Source of the DNA: a virus
Lineage: Duplodnaviria > Heunggongvirae > Uroviricota > Caudoviricetes
IMG/VR virus record: IMGVR_UViG_2548876959_000011
Length of the DNA: 51,013 nt
Strand: one strand, 5' to 3'
Shown here: positions 10,990 to 18,783 of the stretch, in pieces
Layout of the letters: each line of letters starts with the position of its first letter
How positions within the stretch are numbered: position 1 is the stretch's first letter
The notes under the pieces: model-generated
Seen by the model: the letters and a program-made list of their open reading frames with translations, nothing else
The model's database searches: none
Told to the model about the DNA's origin: nothing
Translations under genes and position numbers: made by a program

Positions 10990-11006
10990 AATGCTCTAAT
11001 AAATTT
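10990..11006 (+). promoter_or_regulatory. C1 operator-like site upstream of immI (Op51-like)
   Basis: AATGCTCTAATAAATTT, 16/17 match to ATTGCTCTAATAAATTT. Confidence 0.7.
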
Positions 11007-11189
11007 GTATTTTTAAGTCACGAATGCTATCTTTTCGCATCATATTGACCTTTTAATCGTTCAGGCTTATAGTTCCGCCGTCGTAGCAAATTCTGCGACC
11101 GGGTTTAGCAGCCTGAATGATTGTGCGGACAGCCGCAGATATCCGATATTGCGGTATTTTTGTGTCCGTAAAACCGCGTTACGCCCAAA

Positions 11190-11285
11190 TTATGGTGGGG
11201 CGTGATGGGGAGGCTTCGGCCTGCTGGTTTCACAATCGCCAGTCTGCTAACCCCGTCACGTCCTGCCACCTGTTTAGCAGCGGGT
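11190..11285 (+). ncRNA. c4: c4-like antisense repressor RNA region (approximate bounds)
   Basis: Structured leader upstream of icd/ant; tcacaatc (11232-11239) is complementary to gattgtga just upstream of the icd start; UUCG-looped hairpin and 7-bp stem ctgctaa/ttagcag. Confidence 0.35.
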
Positions 11286-11320
11286 AGCAGGTTGTTAAAC
11301 CTGATTGTGAGGCCGTAACT

Positions 11321-11542
11321 ATGGTTAATGCCAATCCTTGCGCACGCCCAGAATTCATCTGGCGTTTCTATTCCTGTAAAAAACACCACTATCACTTCGT
11401 TATCGCAGCAACTGAAGACGAAGCACGCTCTCAATTGCCTGATGGCCCCTGCATTTTTACTGCCCGTTTTTCAACTAACTCGCGCAATTCACTTAGTTAC
11501 TGGAGCCTCCCCTTCTCTGCCGACGTTCAGGGGGGTTTATGA
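11321..11542 (+). CDS. icd: Icd-like cell division inhibitor
   Basis: 73-aa ORF whose stop overlaps the ant start (ATGA); position between c4 region and ant. Confidence 0.65.
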   Translation: MVNANPCARPEFIWRFYSCKKHHYHFVIAATEDEARSQLPDGPCIFTARFSTNSRNSLSYWSLPFSADVQGGL

Positions 11543-12582
11543 AAAAACCTCTCGTCACCCGTAATGACATAGCCGAAGCGATCGCCCTGCATACTGCCTG
11601 TATACCGACACGGGAGATCCCCGGCGCAATTGCCAACTATTTCATGATAACCAGGCGTTTTTATACCCGAACAGATAAGGCTGTGATCAACAGGCTACTG
11701 ATAGCCGAGATCAGGGATTATTTGATTGAACAAGGACGTCTACGTTACGCAACGGTGGCAGCAGAAATGAGAAAGGAGGCACATAGAATGACCAGTAATA
11801 ATTTGAATGTTAAAAAACCAGCACCTGTTGCTTCAGCAACGCCAGCACCAGCCGTGAATGTCATCCCCACCACCGGAGACACAATCGACAGCCTGACACT
11901 GTTAAAGATGGTCAATGAAGCGCGTAAGTTATGTGGGGAACCAGAGGTTCGGAACAACAAATTCATCGAAAAAATACTCGACGAATTAGAAGGTGAGGAC
12001 GGTTACACAAAAAGTGCAACCGTGCCGCCAGGTGGCGGTACGCCTATGGTTGTCATAACCATGACCTACAAACAAGCCCTGCGAGTCGCCGCGCGCGAAT
12101 CGAAAGCGGTCCGCCGTTCGCTGATCGACAAACTGGAAGAATTGCAGCAGGCAAACTCCCCTACCCCATCGATCCCCCAAACATTACCAGAAGCCCTACG
12201 CCTGGCTGCCGAGTTGGCAGAACAGAAATTGCAGCTGGAACAACAGCTGGTGGCCGCAGCCCCTAAAGTCGATTTTGCCGACCGGGTATCAGTGGCTAAT
12301 GGAATCCTGATCGGGAACTTTGCAAAGGTCGTTGGACTTAAGCAAAACGCCCTTTTCTCATGGTTGCGCCAGAACGGCATTCTCATGGCTTTTGGTGCGC
12401 GCAAAAACGTACCGAGCCAGCAGTACATTAACGCCGGGTATTTCACGGTGAAAGAAGTGGTGCTGGATGATGAAAATGGCTACCAGATACGGCTGACGCC
12501 CCAATTAACGGGTAAAGGCCAGCAGTGGTTAACTCGCAAGCTACTTGATGCTGGTTTGTTAAAACCAGTAGCAATAGGTTAA
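11539..12582 (+). CDS. ant1: antirepressor Ant1
   Basis: 347-aa ORF; C-terminal domain shared with the KilA-like ORF (LPEALRLAA..LAEQK...GKGQQWL..LLDAG); immI context. Confidence 0.8.
   Translation: MKKPLVTRNDIAEAIALHTACIPTREIPGAIANYFMITRRFYTRTDKAVINRLLIAEIRDYLIEQGRLRYATVAAEMRKEAHRMTSNNLNVKKPAPVASATPAPAVNVIPTTGDTIDSLTLLKMVNEARKLCGEPEVRNNKFIEKILDELEGEDGYTKSATVPPGGGTPMVVITMTYKQALRVAARESKAVRRSLIDKLEELQQANSPTPSIPQTLPEALRLAAELAEQKLQLEQQLVAAAPKVDFADRVSVANGILIGNFAKVVGLKQNALFSWLRQNGILMAFGARKNVPSQQYINAGYFTVKEVVLDDENGYQIRLTPQLTGKGQQWLTRKLLDAGLLKPVAIG
11788..12582 (+). CDS. ant2: Ant2, nested in-frame product of ant
   Basis: In-frame ATG at 11788 preceded by strong SD AAAGGAGG (11772-11779, 8-nt spacing); would give a 264-aa product. 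Confidence 0.5.
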   Translation: MTSNNLNVKKPAPVASATPAPAVNVIPTTGDTIDSLTLLKMVNEARKLCGEPEVRNNKFIEKILDELEGEDGYTKSATVPPGGGTPMVVITMTYKQALRVAARESKAVRRSLIDKLEELQQANSPTPSIPQTLPEALRLAAELAEQKLQLEQQLVAAAPKVDFADRVSVANGILIGNFAKVVGLKQNALFSWLRQNGILMAFGARKNVPSQQYINAGYFTVKEVVLDDENGYQIRLTPQLTGKGQQWLTRKLLDAGLLKPVAIG

Positions 12583-12588
12583 CAAAAG

Positions 12589-12620
12589 AAAAAACCTGCC
12601 AGCAAACTGGCAGGTTTCTG
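12589..12620 (+). terminator. rho-independent terminator after ant
   Basis: Stem acctgccag/ctggcaggt, loop caaa, followed by TTTCT. Confidence 0.6.
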
Positions 12621-12659
12621 AGCAGATCGACCAACCCGATCTGGATCGAGTCAGAAAAA

Positions 12660-12676
12660 TTTGCTCTAATAAATTT
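12660..12676 (+). promoter_or_regulatory. C1 operator-like site upstream of kilA (Op53-like)
   Basis: TTTGCTCTAATAAATTT, 16/17 match to consensus. Confidence 0.7.
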
Positions 12677-12745
12677 CGTTTTCTAAGTGCAAAGAATCAC
12701 CATTTCGAGCTGGTGATTGAAGGTTGATGCAAATTTGGAGAAAAA

Positions 12746-13546
12746 ATGCAACAAACATTCAATGCGGATATGAATATATCAAACCTTCATCAAAATGTCG
12801 ATCCTTCAACCACTCTGCCTGTTATTTGTGGTGTTGAAATTACGACCGACCGCGCTGGCCGTTACAACCTTAATGCTCTACACAGAGCGAGCGGACTCGG
12901 TGCCCATAAAGCGCCAGCTCAATGGCTAAGAACGCTGTCAGCCAAACAGCTCATCGAAGAGCTTGAAAAAGAAACTATGCAGAATTGCATAGTTTCGTTC
13001 GAAGGCCGTGGCGGCGGCACTTTTGCCCATGAATTGCTCGCTGTGGAGTACGCAGGCTGGATTTCTCCCGCGTTTCGGCTGAAGGTAAACCAGACATTTA
13101 TCGACTATCGAGCCGGAAGATTACAACCTGCTATTCCGCAGAGTCTCCCTGAAGCTCTCCGTTTGGCTGCCGACCTGGCAGAGCAAAAGCAACGGCTGGA
13201 GCAAAAAATGCTTATGGATGCACCTAAAGTCGAATTCGCCGAACGCGTTGCTACCGCCAGCGGGGTTCTAATCGGCAACTATGCCAAAGTGCTCGGTCTG
13301 GGCCAAAACTATCTCTTCACCTGGTTGCGTGATAACGGAATTCTGATCGCAACCGGTGAACGCAGGAACGTCCCCAAACAAGAATACATATCCCGTGGGT
13401 ATTTCACCCTTAAAGAAACCGTGATCGATACAAGCAATGGAAGCAGGATTTCTTTCACGACTCGTATAACCGGCAAAGGTCAGCAGTGGCTGATGAAGCG
13501 ATTGCTTGATGCTGGTGTGCTGGTACCTGTCGCGGCAACGCGCTAA
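12746..13546 (+). CDS. kilA: KilA (KilA-N domain plus antirepressor-like C-terminal domain)
   Basis: 266-aa ORF; KilA-N-like N-terminus (GRYNLNALHRASG); C-terminal domain paralogous to Ant. Confidence 0.75.
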   Translation: MQQTFNADMNISNLHQNVDPSTTLPVICGVEITTDRAGRYNLNALHRASGLGAHKAPAQWLRTLSAKQLIEELEKETMQNCIVSFEGRGGGTFAHELLAVEYAGWISPAFRLKVNQTFIDYRAGRLQPAIPQSLPEALRLAADLAEQKQRLEQKMLMDAPKVEFAERVATASGVLIGNYAKVLGLGQNYLFTWLRDNGILIATGERRNVPKQEYISRGYFTLKETVIDTSNGSRISFTTRITGKGQQWLMKRLLDAGVLVPVAATR

Positions 13547-13575
13547 CAGACGTAGTAAGAACCACCAGCATTGTA

Positions 13576-14421
13576 ATGCTGGCTAAAGTCACTTTCCTGA
13601 GCTGTATAACGATGAGCGATTTTACTTTTTCTGGCTATGAATTGGCCTGCTTTGTAACACACTCCGGTCTATCCCGTAGCGCCGGGCATATCCTGTCGCA
13701 ATGTGCAAATCTCGCGGCAACAACCAGTGAATACTTCATTCACAAGCCTCACCGCCTGATCGCGGCAGAAACTGGTTATAGCCAATCAACCGTCGTTCGT
13801 GCATTCCGTGAAGCTGTAAACAAAGGAATTCTATCTGTAGAGATTGTTATCGGCGATCACCGTGAACGTCGCGCTAACCTGTACCGGTTTACACCATCCT
13901 TTTTGGCCTTCGCACAACAAGCCAAAAATGCGCTGATTGAAAGCAAATTAAAGATCTCTTCAGCGGCAACCAAGGTTAAAGCTGTTCTCGCTAAGACATT
14001 GGCTTTATTTAATTTTTTATCCACACCCCCATGTCAAAATGATACCCCCTCCCCCTGTCAGGATGACGTGGCAATAAAGAATAAGAAGTCACAAATTAAA
14101 AAAACAAAAAGATCAGTTTCCGGCGGTGCCGAAACGACCAGCCTCAAAAAACTGACTTCATGGATCGCCGAGGCAAAAGCAAAGGCTGACAATCTGCGGT
14201 TATCCAAAAAACGCGCTCAAAAACATGAGTTCAAGCAGAAAGTAGAGGCGGCAGCGCGGAAATATGCTTACCTGAAGAACAAGCGTTCTCCTGATATTGG
14301 CGGGGTATCAAACTTCGATAATTTGCCGCATTGCATGACGGTAAACGAAGCTCTTAATGCGGTTTTAGCCAAAAATAAAGATAACGAACAATGGGGTATA
14401 CCGGCAGGATTTAGAGGGTGA
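13576..14421 (+). CDS. repL: RepL lytic replication initiator
   Basis: 281-aa ORF immediately downstream of kilA; HTH-like segment SQSTVVRAFREAVNKGIL; the lytic origin is expected within this gene. Confidence 0.65.
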   Translation: MLAKVTFLSCITMSDFTFSGYELACFVTHSGLSRSAGHILSQCANLAATTSEYFIHKPHRLIAAETGYSQSTVVRAFREAVNKGILSVEIVIGDHRERRANLYRFTPSFLAFAQQAKNALIESKLKISSAATKVKAVLAKTLALFNFLSTPPCQNDTPSPCQDDVAIKNKKSQIKKTKRSVSGGAETTSLKKLTSWIAEAKAKADNLRLSKKRAQKHEFKQKVEAAARKYAYLKNKRSPDIGGVSNFDNLPHCMTVNEALNAVLAKNKDNEQWGIPAGFRG

Positions 14422-14471
14422 TAGATTGCTCTAATCTGGAGTCACCTGGCGTTTTCAGTTTGAGGTCGGAG

Positions 14472-14717
14472 ATGCAATCTGATTTTTTACAGTTAGCGAT
14501 CGCTTTTGCAGGATATGTTTGTATTGGCTTCTGTGTATACATGATCAGCCGAAAAATGCTTGTCGATATCGACCGCAAAGAACAAGCAGAGGAGATCTTA
14601 GTATGGATTTTCTTTGGCGCGGTCTGGCCATTAGGGATCATGTTTGCTGCAACATTTCTTCTGATGTGGATATTCACCCTTCCAGGTGATTTCTATAGAA
14701 AAAAAGCCAGACATTGA
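14472..14717 (+). CDS. small membrane protein
   Basis: ATG at 14472 with GAGG RBS inside ORF 14418..14717; two hydrophobic helices. Confidence 0.45.
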   Translation: MQSDFLQLAIAFAGYVCIGFCVYMISRKMLVDIDRKEQAEEILVWIFFGAVWPLGIMFAATFLLMWIFTLPGDFYRKKARH

Positions 14718-14794
14718 TACAATCGTTGCGGGTGCTTGAGGCTATCTGCTTCAGGCATTACCCGAAAAGCAGATAGAAGAAAGCCCCAGATAAC

Positions 14795-14865
14795 ATTACG
14801 CGTCCTGCAAGACGCTTAACATTAATCTGAGGCAATATCTATGCTTAGCATACGTAGATTAGCCT
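14795..14865 (-). ncRNA. sok: putative Sok-like antisense RNA (approximate)
   Basis: Inferred from hok/mok architecture; reverse-strand TTGACC -35-like element near 14866-14871 and hairpin gcgtc/gacgc at 14800-14815. Confidence 0.3.
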
Positions 14866-15047
14866 CTTACCGACCAAAAGGTCAAGGAGAAGCAGGCTAT
14901 GAAGCAGCAAAAAGCGATATTAATCGCTCTGATCGTCATCTGTTTAACCGTCATTGTGACGGCACTGGTAACGAGGAAAGACCTCTGCGAGGTACGAATC
15001 CGAACCGGCCAGACGGAGGTCACTGTCTTCACAGCCTACGAATCTGA
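14841..15047 (+). CDS. mok: Mok-like reading frame overlapping hok
   Basis: 68-aa ORF in a different frame, starting upstream of hok and ending near the hok stop, as in hok/mok/sok loci. Confidence 0.5.
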   Translation: MLSIRRLASYRPKGQGEAGYEAAKSDINRSDRHLFNRHCDGTGNEERPLRGTNPNRPDGGHCLHSLRI

Positions 15048-15054
15048 AAGGTAA
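14899..15054 (+). CDS. hok: Hok/Gef-family type I toxin (51 aa)
   Basis: Hand-translated: MKQQKAILIALIVICLTVIVTALVTRKDLCEVRIRTGQTEVTVFTAYESER, near-identical to the HokD/Gef family as recalled; AGGAGA RBS; below ORF-track cutoff. Confidence 0.85.
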   Translation: MKQQKAILIALIVICLTVIVTALVTRKDLCEVRIRTGQTEVTVFTAYESER

Positions 15055-15127
15055 GAGACCTGGCGGGGAGAGATCCTCGCCACTCTTCGTGTGTCAGGTA
15101 TCCTCAATGCACCCTTTCCTCTCCAAA

Positions 15128-15155
15128 TAAAAAAGCTCCCGAAGGAGCTTTAAAA
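15128..15155. terminator. bidirectional rho-independent terminator
   Basis: Stem aaagctcc/ggagcttt with cgaa loop, flanked by A-run and T-run; sits between convergent hok and the leftward structural operon. Confidence 0.7.
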
Positions 15156-15170
15156 TACAAGGGATGACTC

Positions 15171-15680
15171 TTAATCCCACTCAATCCAGTTGTAGACGAT
15201 ACGAAGTGACGGGCGCACAGCGGCAGTCACATCTTCGGTACTAAAGTCGATTGCATCACTGTAGATTTTGCAGTCCAACATTTCAATTGTTGTAGCAGCT
15301 TTTGTCACAGCGTTAACCCCGGAAGATTTGGATTCAGGGGTAGCAGCCATCGTGATATCAACATAGTCCTTCGCCGCAATGCGATCTTTAATGAACTGAA
15401 GAATATCGCCTTCGATAGTCTCCACGCACTGGACCTGGATTTCCCCTGAGTTTCGAATTGGACCGTGCTGGTTGAACTTCACACCATTCGGACCATAGTC
15501 CTCCACATCCTCGCGGGTCATTTCAGGAATTTGCGACGTGCGAACCAGTACGCTGATATCTTCATGGCCTGCAAAAGTGAGCTGGAATTCAGAAGATACC
15601 AGTCGTTCGCCTTTGGCCGCGTTGGCAGTATAGCGGCCCTTAATAAATTTACGGTTTCCCTTAGTGTTATTGTGCCCCAT
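15171..15680 (-). CDS. virion structural protein (possibly tail tube-like)
   Basis: 169-aa ORF at the distal end of the leftward head/sheath operon. Confidence 0.45.
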   Translation of the reverse strand: MGHNNTKGNRKFIKGRYTANAAKGERLVSSEFQLTFAGHEDISVLVRTSQIPEMTREDVEDYGPNGVKFNQHGPIRNSGEIQVQCVETIEGDILQFIKDRIAAKDYVDITMAATPESKSSGVNAVTKAATTIEMLDCKIYSDAIDFSTEDVTAAVRPSLRIVYNWIEWD

Positions 15681-15691
15681 ATAAAATCCTT

Positions 15692-16273
15692 TTACTGGAA
15701 CGCCCGAACAATATCGGAGCTGTTATATATCGAAGAACCGGTCAACTGGAGGTTGACGGTGTTTTTCAGGAAATGTCCATTGCTGTCCCTGGGCGCATCG
15801 AGATCGAAACTTATGTCCTGGATAGCGACATCAATGATGTTGATCCGGCGACCAATGTTTAGCGTCACACGCTCCGGGATTCGACCACCAATACTGGCAT
15901 CTTTAAGTTCCGGGCTAATCATCGCTGACAATGCGGCGATAGCTCCTGAAACCTCCGTGAATGGGTCAAACAAAGCGATGAAAGTTACTGGCAGCGTGAA
16001 AGTCGGCGGTGTTCCCCCTTCCCAAACCATTAAGCTGTTCCAACGGGCAACCGACGTTGTTTCAGTACCAACCTGCGCAAAACCACTGAAGGCACCAGCA
16101 ACAGATCCCATGGACATACCGGTAAACGGCGCTTCCCAATTCTGGGCCATGTTCATTGCCGCTCCCTGGCTGATATATCCGGTAACCTGGTACTGAGAGT
16201 TCGTTAAAGTAACTTTCAGATATGGCGATACACCGTCAGCCTGGCTGTAAACCCCATAAGGAATAGGTGCCAT
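15692..16273 (-). CDS. virion structural protein
   Basis: 193-aa ORF in the same operon; synteny only. Confidence 0.45.
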   Translation of the reverse strand: MAPIPYGVYSQADGVSPYLKVTLTNSQYQVTGYISQGAAMNMAQNWEAPFTGMSMGSVAGAFSGFAQVGTETTSVARWNSLMVWEGGTPPTFTLPVTFIALFDPFTEVSGAIAALSAMISPELKDASIGGRIPERVTLNIGRRINIIDVAIQDISFDLDAPRDSNGHFLKNTVNLQLTGSSIYNSSDIVRAFQ

Positions 16274-16308
16274 TCAAGTTAAAGGCCGGAGTTCTCCGGC
16301 CTCCTCCT

Positions 16309-17124
16309 TTAGCCAAGGCGCTTACGGCGCAGTTTCATTGACTTTTTGCGGGCAAGTTTTGCCGCGCCGGTCTGGGCTTTTCGACGCGCTTTTTTCAGCG
16401 CCGATTTTTGAGCCGCAGTCAGACGTTTTTTACGCAGGCGTTTACGGATGAGTTTGATCTCACCGTTACGAACAACCTTCTTAAATGCTTCAGTCAGCAT
16501 TTCATCAGAAGTGCCAGCAACAACAAACGCCGCTTCCAGTTCGTCGCGGTCGTCGCTATCTAAACCAGCGATAGAGGCACCAACATCAGCAGCTGCGTCG
16601 TCGTCTTCATCGTCAGCCAGTGCTTCGATCAGGTCATCATCTACACCGCATGCTGCGAGGAAGTCAGCAACATTTGCCCATGCTTCGTTATAGGCATCGT
16701 CCTGTTCTTCTGTAACTTCGGAGTCGTCGTCATCAGAGATACCAGCGATAGCCTGAACGAAACCATCAAGGGAGTCGAAAGTCAGATCACCGCTATCAGC
16801 CCAGGCGAAAACGGCGTCGGCCGCATCACTCAACGCATTTTGCATAGCACTTCGATTTGCAGCTTCCAGAATCATCTGGTGCGCCTGTTCGACGGTCCAT
16901 TCTTTACCGTCTTTCCCTTCCAGGATTTGCTCAGGAGCCTGGGCAGATGGAACGTTATCGTTAGTCTGTGCCGCCGGTTCCGGATTATTATTAATAACCG
17001 GATCTGTTGGCGGTTCAGCGCTTGCTCGGGCAGACTCCATCAGCTGCACAGGATCAGAGTTCAAAGCGAAACGAGACAGTCCATTCCCCAAAAATGCCCC
17101 GGATTGAAAAAAGTTTTTGCTCAT
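16309..17124 (-). CDS. acidic protein with basic C-terminal tail (scaffold-like?)
   Basis: 271-aa ORF; extended D/E-rich region (ISDDDDSEVTEEQDD, ADDEDDDAAAD) followed by K/R-rich tail (RKRLRKKRL...RRKRLG). Confidence 0.5.
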   Translation of the reverse strand: MSKNFFQSGAFLGNGLSRFALNSDPVQLMESARASAEPPTDPVINNNPEPAAQTNDNVPSAQAPEQILEGKDGKEWTVEQAHQMILEAANRSAMQNALSDAADAVFAWADSGDLTFDSLDGFVQAIAGISDDDDSEVTEEQDDAYNEAWANVADFLAACGVDDDLIEALADDEDDDAAADVGASIAGLDSDDRDELEAAFVVAGTSDEMLTEAFKKVVRNGEIKLIRKRLRKKRLTAAQKSALKKARRKAQTGAAKLARKKSMKLRRKRLG

Positions 17125-17133
17125 TGTATTCCC

Positions 17134-18723
17134 TTACTTAATAAGCAGCGGTACGCCCTGGATACGACGGGCTACGCCAGTCGGGCAGCAGGCCCAGACT
17201 ACTTCCCATTTATCGAATTCCGCCTGCGTAACTTTCAGCACATACGGTTCTGTACCGTCAGCATCAGGATCACGAGGAGCCACCAGAGCGCCGGAGGCGA
17301 CAAAGCGATCTAAAAGTTTGGTCATCCCTTTAGTCAGGCCAGCCGCAGTAATACCGTCCGGGCTATGCTTCATCTGTCGGGCTAACTGGACAAAGAAACG
17401 GCTGATTGCATTCATCAGGGATGGGACGTGCTGGAAGTGCAGATAGTTATCCTGCGTGCAGCAAGTTAAAGCATCGTCGATGATCATCTGGCCAGAGGTG
17501 CCAACAGATACTTTATTGAGACGGCCCTTGACCATTGCTTCTTCGTCCGGGGTATCTTCCGGATACAGCGGTTGAATTGACGCACGAGCAATGACGGCAC
17601 GTTCTTCACCAGCCGGTGAGTAATGCCAACCGCCGACATCAGAGTTTTTCTTGACGCCACGAGCTTTCGCCGCATACGCCACGCCAGACAGACCAAAGAC
17701 CACACGGGATTGGGTCCATTTGTCTTTGCAGGAGAACGGGTAGTGATAGACAGCACAGCTTACATAATCGGTACCAAGTAAACCGGTATCTTCAACAGCA
17801 GAGATCGCTTCCGTGTACGTCAATGTCGGTTTGACATCAAAGAAGCCATCAATCAGGCGATCTGCACAGATTTTACCTAATGCGGTGATAGCCGCATTGT
17901 CATAGCAGCCCAGGCCAAGAACAGCGGTGTACATGTACGGCGCATTATTCAGCACTTTAACCGCACGCAGGTACGCAGCGGTTGAGATTTTCGACTGATC
18001 GCCGTTGGTACCGCCAGTGAACGCCAACGATTTTTTGTTTGTTACTTTCGCTGTCGAAATCAGCTCTTCATTAACAACCGCGCGCAGATATTTAGAACGG
18101 GCTTCCAGAGCCGTAGGCAGATAACACAAGCGGCCCATGTCATCTTTCGCTTCTTCCGCCAAAGACACAGTGTGTGTCTCCAGGGTCGTTACCACGCCGA
18201 GCGAAGTCGTCTGGGTCAGTTTTAAGAGGAAGCGTTCATTACCCGCGCTGTCCGCTGTTGCCGTTTCGATGGTTAACTCACGGGTAGGTGAAATACACGG
18301 ATCACCATCATCAACGTAGATAGCAAAGGCTTCGCCACTATCAAGTTCAATTTCAGAACCGTATGGCAACGCACTGTAAGCCGGTTCGCCTGATTCATCG
18401 AACATAATAATCGGGAACTTCGCATCATCCGGAACAGCGCGAACAACATAACCAGACGTTTGCTGAATAGCTTCGTATACATGGCGAATTGGTTCGAACT
18501 GTGAGCCGGAAGACGGCTTCAGCGGTTCGCCGAGAACATCTTCGTAATTGGACTCAGTAACCGCAAGAACAGTAAACGGCTTGCCACGCGCAAATACGCC
18601 AATACCAGCCCATAAGCTGCTATTTAATGCAACACCGGTAGATAACGTCGCATCGGCATTGATCGGGCTAACCGCGACGCCGGATGCATTACCTAATGAC
18701 TGTTGAATTGAATATTGAGACAT
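17134..18723 (-). CDS. putative contractile tail sheath protein (P1 gene 22 position)
   Basis: 529-aa ORF; size and position between major head gene and smaller structural ORFs; N-terminal region resembles sheath proteins by eye only. Confidence 0.5.
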   Translation of the reverse strand: MSQYSIQQSLGNASGVAVSPINADATLSTGVALNSSLWAGIGVFARGKPFTVLAVTESNYEDVLGEPLKPSSGSQFEPIRHVYEAIQQTSGYVVRAVPDDAKFPIIMFDESGEPAYSALPYGSEIELDSGEAFAIYVDDGDPCISPTRELTIETATADSAGNERFLLKLTQTTSLGVVTTLETHTVSLAEEAKDDMGRLCYLPTALEARSKYLRAVVNEELISTAKVTNKKSLAFTGGTNGDQSKISTAAYLRAVKVLNNAPYMYTAVLGLGCYDNAAITALGKICADRLIDGFFDVKPTLTYTEAISAVEDTGLLGTDYVSCAVYHYPFSCKDKWTQSRVVFGLSGVAYAAKARGVKKNSDVGGWHYSPAGEERAVIARASIQPLYPEDTPDEEAMVKGRLNKVSVGTSGQMIIDDALTCCTQDNYLHFQHVPSLMNAISRFFVQLARQMKHSPDGITAAGLTKGMTKLLDRFVASGALVAPRDPDADGTEPYVLKVTQAEFDKWEVVWACCPTGVARRIQGVPLLIK

Positions 18724-18783
18724 AACTTTCCCTGTTATGCGCCCCGCACGGGGGCGCTATGTTAAACGGAGAACTTCCCCTGA

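Noticed and set aside
11105-11564. ORFs 11105..11434 (-) and 11328..11564 (+)
   Set aside because: Overlap the c4 leader and icd in other frames or strands; the 73-aa icd frame with its ATGA junction to ant is the supported reading.
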